Part shown: in pieces, positions 60,816 to 64,000 of the stretch
How positions within the stretch are numbered: the first letter of the stretch is position 1
Layout: each line of letters opens with the position of its first letter
Assembly (NCBI GenBank): GCA_028718785.1
Contig: JAQULB010000004.1
Span: 2,525 to 66,524, forward strand
Reading direction: 5' to 3'
DNA from: Minisyncoccota bacterium
GTDB lineage: Bacteria > Patescibacteriota > Minisyncoccia > Minisyncoccales > CG1-02-41-26
DNA: 64,000 nucleotides
Position numbers and translations under genes: made by a program
Notes under the pieces: model-generated
The model's input: the letters and a program-made list of their open reading frames with translations, nothing else
Database searches by the model: none
What the model was told of the DNA's origin: nothing

Positions 60816-61926
60816 AGGGTTGGATTAAAGAAACAATCTCTTTTGGACCAATAATGAGCAATAAAATTAAAGCCAAAGATATTAAGGTGGCTTTTAAAAT
60901 TAAATCGTAATGCTGAACAAAAATTTTTATAATAATATTTAAAATTAAAGCCACAATATTGATAACCAAAAAAACCAAAACAATCTTTTGAGTTAAGCTG
61001 TTATAATCTTTAGCGAAAAACTTTAAAACTCTTCCCCAAATCCCAGCTAATTTTGGCTCTTGATTTTGACCCCCTAAATCCATAGTGGTGGTTGAGGTAA
61101 AAATCAACCCAGAAGTGACGTCAACAATTAAAAAACTGCTTGGACTATCACCCAAAACCTCTGGTAAAATCGTGGTGTTCCCAGCTACACCGCTGGCAGT
61201 GGTTGAAAAAACATCCACTAAGTTGGCTGTTCCTTGATTTGCCTCGGTAACAGAATTTTGGGGTTTCGCTGTAGGGTTGCCTGTAGTAGGGCTTGTTTGG
61301 GTTGTTTGGGTTGGCGGTTTTGTTTGGGGAACAGATTTTAACGCGCCAAACATTTGCACAACTATTGTTGTTTTTGAGCCCTGAAAATTTCCTTCCACAA
61401 AAGAAATTCCCACATCTTTATAATTAGCGTTTACCAAATTGGCTTTATGTGAAGGCGACTCATTCCAGGCCTGATGCAATTCAGCTGAATCCACAAACCC
61501 AATGCCTAAATTTTCCCCAGCTGACCTATAATTGTAGCCCACTTTTTTAAACCAATACCATGGTGTTATGCCAGCGGGGCTAGTGTGGCTAAAATAACCA
61601 TTTTGCATCATATCATTGGCTTTAAGTAAAGAGGCCTGATTAAGTAAATTATTCTCTTTTAATGTTCCCAATTTTAAACCAGCTCTTTCGTCATTTAAAC
61701 TATCAATTAAAACCATTCTGGAAATATCAGCAAAAAAACTAGTGTTTGGCAATTGCCAAAAAAATAAAAAAGTGCTTAATCGCAAAAAACAAGCTAAAAG
61801 CAAAATGTAAACTAAATACTTGCCTTCTAAAATTTTGGGCCTAAAGTTGTTGTCGTTGCAAGGAATAAAGAGCTTTTTTAACCAAAAACCCAAAGTTTTA
61901 ACTCTTGATAAAAAGTTTTTTATCAT
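60799..61926 (-). CDS. CAP/SCP (YkwD-like) domain membrane protein
   Basis: GYFSHTSPAGITPW...YRSAGENLG...W..SPSHKANL is the CAP domain signature. Thr/Pro-rich linkers and TM helices lie on both sides. Confidence 0.75.
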   Translation of the reverse strand: MIKNFLSRVKTLGFWLKKLFIPCNDNNFRPKILEGKYLVYILLLACFLRLSTFLFFWQLPNTSFFADISRMVLIDSLNDERAGLKLGTLKENNLLNQASLLKANDMMQNGYFSHTSPAGITPWYWFKKVGYNYRSAGENLGIGFVDSAELHQAWNESPSHKANLVNANYKDVGISFVEGNFQGSKTTIVVQMFGALKSVPQTKPPTQTTQTSPTTGNPTAKPQNSVTEANQGTANLVDVFSTTASGVAGNTTILPEVLGDSPSSFLIVDVTSGLIFTSTTTMDLGGQNQEPKLAGIWGRVLKFFAKDYNSLTQKIVLVFLVINIVALILNIIIKIFVQHYDLILKATLISLALILLLIIGPKEIVSLIQPYAQIF

Positions 61927-61958
61927 TCCTTTAAGTTAAGATGTTCTACGTTCTACGA

Positions 61959-64000
61959 CTAACGACTCCTAACCCAAACTTCAATACATCTTGGGTTTGA
62001 GTAAGAAATATCTCGAGAGCCAGTTAATGTTCGGCCGTTCACCTTGCCACAATATAAATATCTATTGGGCGTGTATTCGGTTACTTGCCAATTTCTTGTG
62101 CCTGAGTTTCCGCTTGCTGACTGACTGTGCCAGTTATTTTGATAGTAGGCCTCAATACCATCAATCCCGTCTTCATCCGCCCCAAAAATACTTATGGTAA
62201 AGGTTTCGCCTGTGTAAACCGTGGTATTTGAAACCCAAATATTGGCAGTTCCTGGATGGTTAGCGTATACAGCAATTTCATCAGAAACCTGGGCTTGGCA
62301 ACTGGCTGATTTTGTCTGGTCCCCTGCTTTTACTGTTAAATAAGCATTGTAAGTTCCTTTGGTGAAAAATGTTTTAGAAACAGTTTGTTCTGTTCCAGAG
62401 TAATCCCCAGACCAAGAAAACTGGTATGGTCCAACACCTCCTGCCACTCTTGCCACCACCCAAGATAATTCACCTCTTTTAGCAGTTGATGGGGCCGCAA
62501 AACAAGAAACTTCTAAAAATTTAGAATTACAAGTGTTGGTGGAACTATTGCAAACCTCGTCTCTTGCCTGGCAATTGTCGTAATCAACCCACTCTGTTCT
62601 TTCATAACAGGCATAACCCGAACATCCTTTTCTAATGATTTTTCTTTGCAATATATTGCTATCGTTAGAGCACCTATATTCATCTGTGTAAGTATCACTT
62701 CCGCAGTTTGTTGTATTCGACCAAGCCAAACAGCCATTGCTTTGGGATTGGCAAGTCCTAACGCTCCCTCCAAAACACTCTGAAATTCCGGGAGAGGAGC
62801 ATTCATTTAAGCAACAATTTTTTATTTCCACTGCTTGGTATTGAGGAACAGTATTTACGCTGTCTGAAGAACCATTTGGATTATTGCCAAAAACTTTTCC
62901 ATAAAAATATGATGTTCCAATTCCAGTGTTTATTAATTTAGTCCAAGTTTTTTGGCAATTTACGCCCCCATCGCAATCCTGACAATTTAAAAATCCATTT
63001 ACCCCTTCAGTATAGCAAACTTTTTGAACTCCATCAGAATCATTGCCTGTAACTGTTATGGTAATTTGAGGATACTGGCTTCCCCCGCAAATTGAATTTT
63101 GGCTCACTTGAATAACCCCAGAGGCCTGGCCGTTTTCTGGGTATTTACAAAAATTATCAGTTCCTGAACATGTTTGTCCGCTTAAACAGGGGGTGGCTGG
63201 AGACCATTCCAAACAAGAATCAGAATCATAATTTCCACAAAACCTCACAGCAGAATTGCCCTGACATTGTGTTGTTCCATTTGCCGAACATTCATCAACG
63301 CAAGAGATTTGAGGAGAAGAAAATAAAACCGAAACTGAATTAGCTGAAACCGAATTGGTTCCTCCTTCTGCTCTTTTTGCTATTGTGTAAGCGGAAAAAA
63401 CATACAAACCAGGATTTTGTTTGGTTTTAATAAAATTCTTTTGGCAAGTAGCTCCAGAACAATCAATACACTCTGGGGTTGTTGAAAAAGCGTTGTCAAT
63501 AAAACAAACTTTTTCCACCCCGTCTTGATCGCTGGCGTTTACAGAAAAACTAATATTTTCATTAACTTTTGCTGTTGTTTGACTTGCTGTTAAAGAAATA
63601 GTGGTTGGATGATCAGTTGGTTGCAAGCAGGCCCTTTGACTTTCTGAACAATAAAGTCCGCCCTGACAAGCATTAGTTGAGCTCCATTCTAAGCATCCAT
63701 CGTTATTGGTATCTTGACACACCTTGTAAGTTCCATCTGATGGACAAGCCCACTGCCCCAACGATGAGCATTGATTTTCACAAACAACTGGCTTGCTTTG
63801 AAAAACCACTTTTACAAAAAATGGATCTGTTGTTCTTTCCACTTGCCCCCCATTTGGATTTTTGCCATCAACATATCCATAAAAGAAGTATTCCCCAGGG
63901 GTTTGTTTGGTTAAAGTCCAAGTATATGTGGAAGCATTTTGGCAGGTTGGAGTTTGGTTTGTTCCATCAAGCAAGCAAACTTTAGAAATACCGTCTGTGT
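61959..64000 (-). CDS. Large secreted protein with alternating Cys-rich modules and Ig-like domains (N-terminus beyond the window)
   Basis: The frame stays open to position 64000. It has repeated modules C.(N/D)(Q/E)CS..G...C.......C......D.CLEWS....C..G..C and repeats of the ..DSDGV.KVC.. type. Confidence 0.7.
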   Translation of the reverse strand, partial: TDGISKVCLLDGTNQTPTCQNASTYTWTLTKQTPGEYFFYGYVDGKNPNGGQVERTTDPFFVKVVFQSKPVVCENQCSSLGQWACPSDGTYKVCQDTNNDGCLEWSSTNACQGGLYCSESQRACLQPTDHPTTISLTASQTTAKVNENISFSVNASDQDGVEKVCFIDNAFSTTPECIDCSGATCQKNFIKTKQNPGLYVFSAYTIAKRAEGGTNSVSANSVSVLFSSPQISCVDECSANGTTQCQGNSAVRFCGNYDSDSCLEWSPATPCLSGQTCSGTDNFCKYPENGQASGVIQVSQNSICGGSQYPQITITVTGNDSDGVQKVCYTEGVNGFLNCQDCDGGVNCQKTWTKLINTGIGTSYFYGKVFGNNPNGSSDSVNTVPQYQAVEIKNCCLNECSSPGISECFGGSVRTCQSQSNGCLAWSNTTNCGSDTYTDEYRCSNDSNILQRKIIRKGCSGYACYERTEWVDYDNCQARDEVCNSSTNTCNSKFLEVSCFAAPSTAKRGELSWVVARVAGGVGPYQFSWSGDYSGTEQTVSKTFFTKGTYNAYLTVKAGDQTKSASCQAQVSDEIAVYANHPGTANIWVSNTTVYTGETFTISIFGADEDGIDGIEAYYQNNWHSQSASGNSGTRNWQVTEYTPNRYLYCGKVNGRTLTGSRDISYSNPRCIEVWVRSR

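Overview
The window is a visibly AT-rich, gene-dense bacterial chromosome segment under the standard genetic code, with most genes on the minus strand. The gene content suggests a Patescibacteria/CPR-like genome, though this is an inference, not a database result. That content is small genes, inteins in DnaB and in a UvrD-type helicase-nuclease, an A/V-type ATPase operon, a sortase with Cys-rich surface proteins, and almost no biosynthesis. Recognisable core genes are ychF (5' tip), yidD, a nine-gene A/V-ATPase operon (H-I-K-E-C-F-A-B-D), a P-type ATPase, rarA, dnaX, cysS, dnaB, recR, rplU, rmuC, tRNA-Gln(UUG), tRNA-Glu(CUC) and mraZ-rsmH-ftsL-ftsI. Accessory or unusual content, left to right:
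1. An integrated element at the left edge carries a large serine recombinase, a P4/D5 primase-helicase, a CHC2 zinc-finger protein and an iteron array. The integrase frame runs into the ychF start.
2. A 3-kb block (9.0-12.3 kb) is bracketed by degenerate repeats. It carries a TGCAC-N4-GTGCA palindrome that also occurs in the element, and a proteasome-beta-like peptidase / GIY-YIG-like gene pair.
3. A B12-radical-SAM cassette is flanked by a roughly 98-bp duplication of the helicase 3' end.
4. Several families of GC-rich palindromic elements are present. Some sit in frame inside ORFs, and one family clusters at an IS200/RAYT-type HUH transposase.
5. The helicase intein has a central domain that looks GIY-YIG-like. 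The DnaB intein carries LAGLIDADG motifs plus an XRE-type HTH.
6. A 2.6-kb region between tRNA-Glu and ftsI holds three tandem modules. Each is a consensus promoter, a structured leader ending in a terminator, small ORF(s) and a second terminator.
7. A DnaA-box cluster lies at 58.6 kb.
All calls come from reading the sequence and ORF translations. No searches were run.
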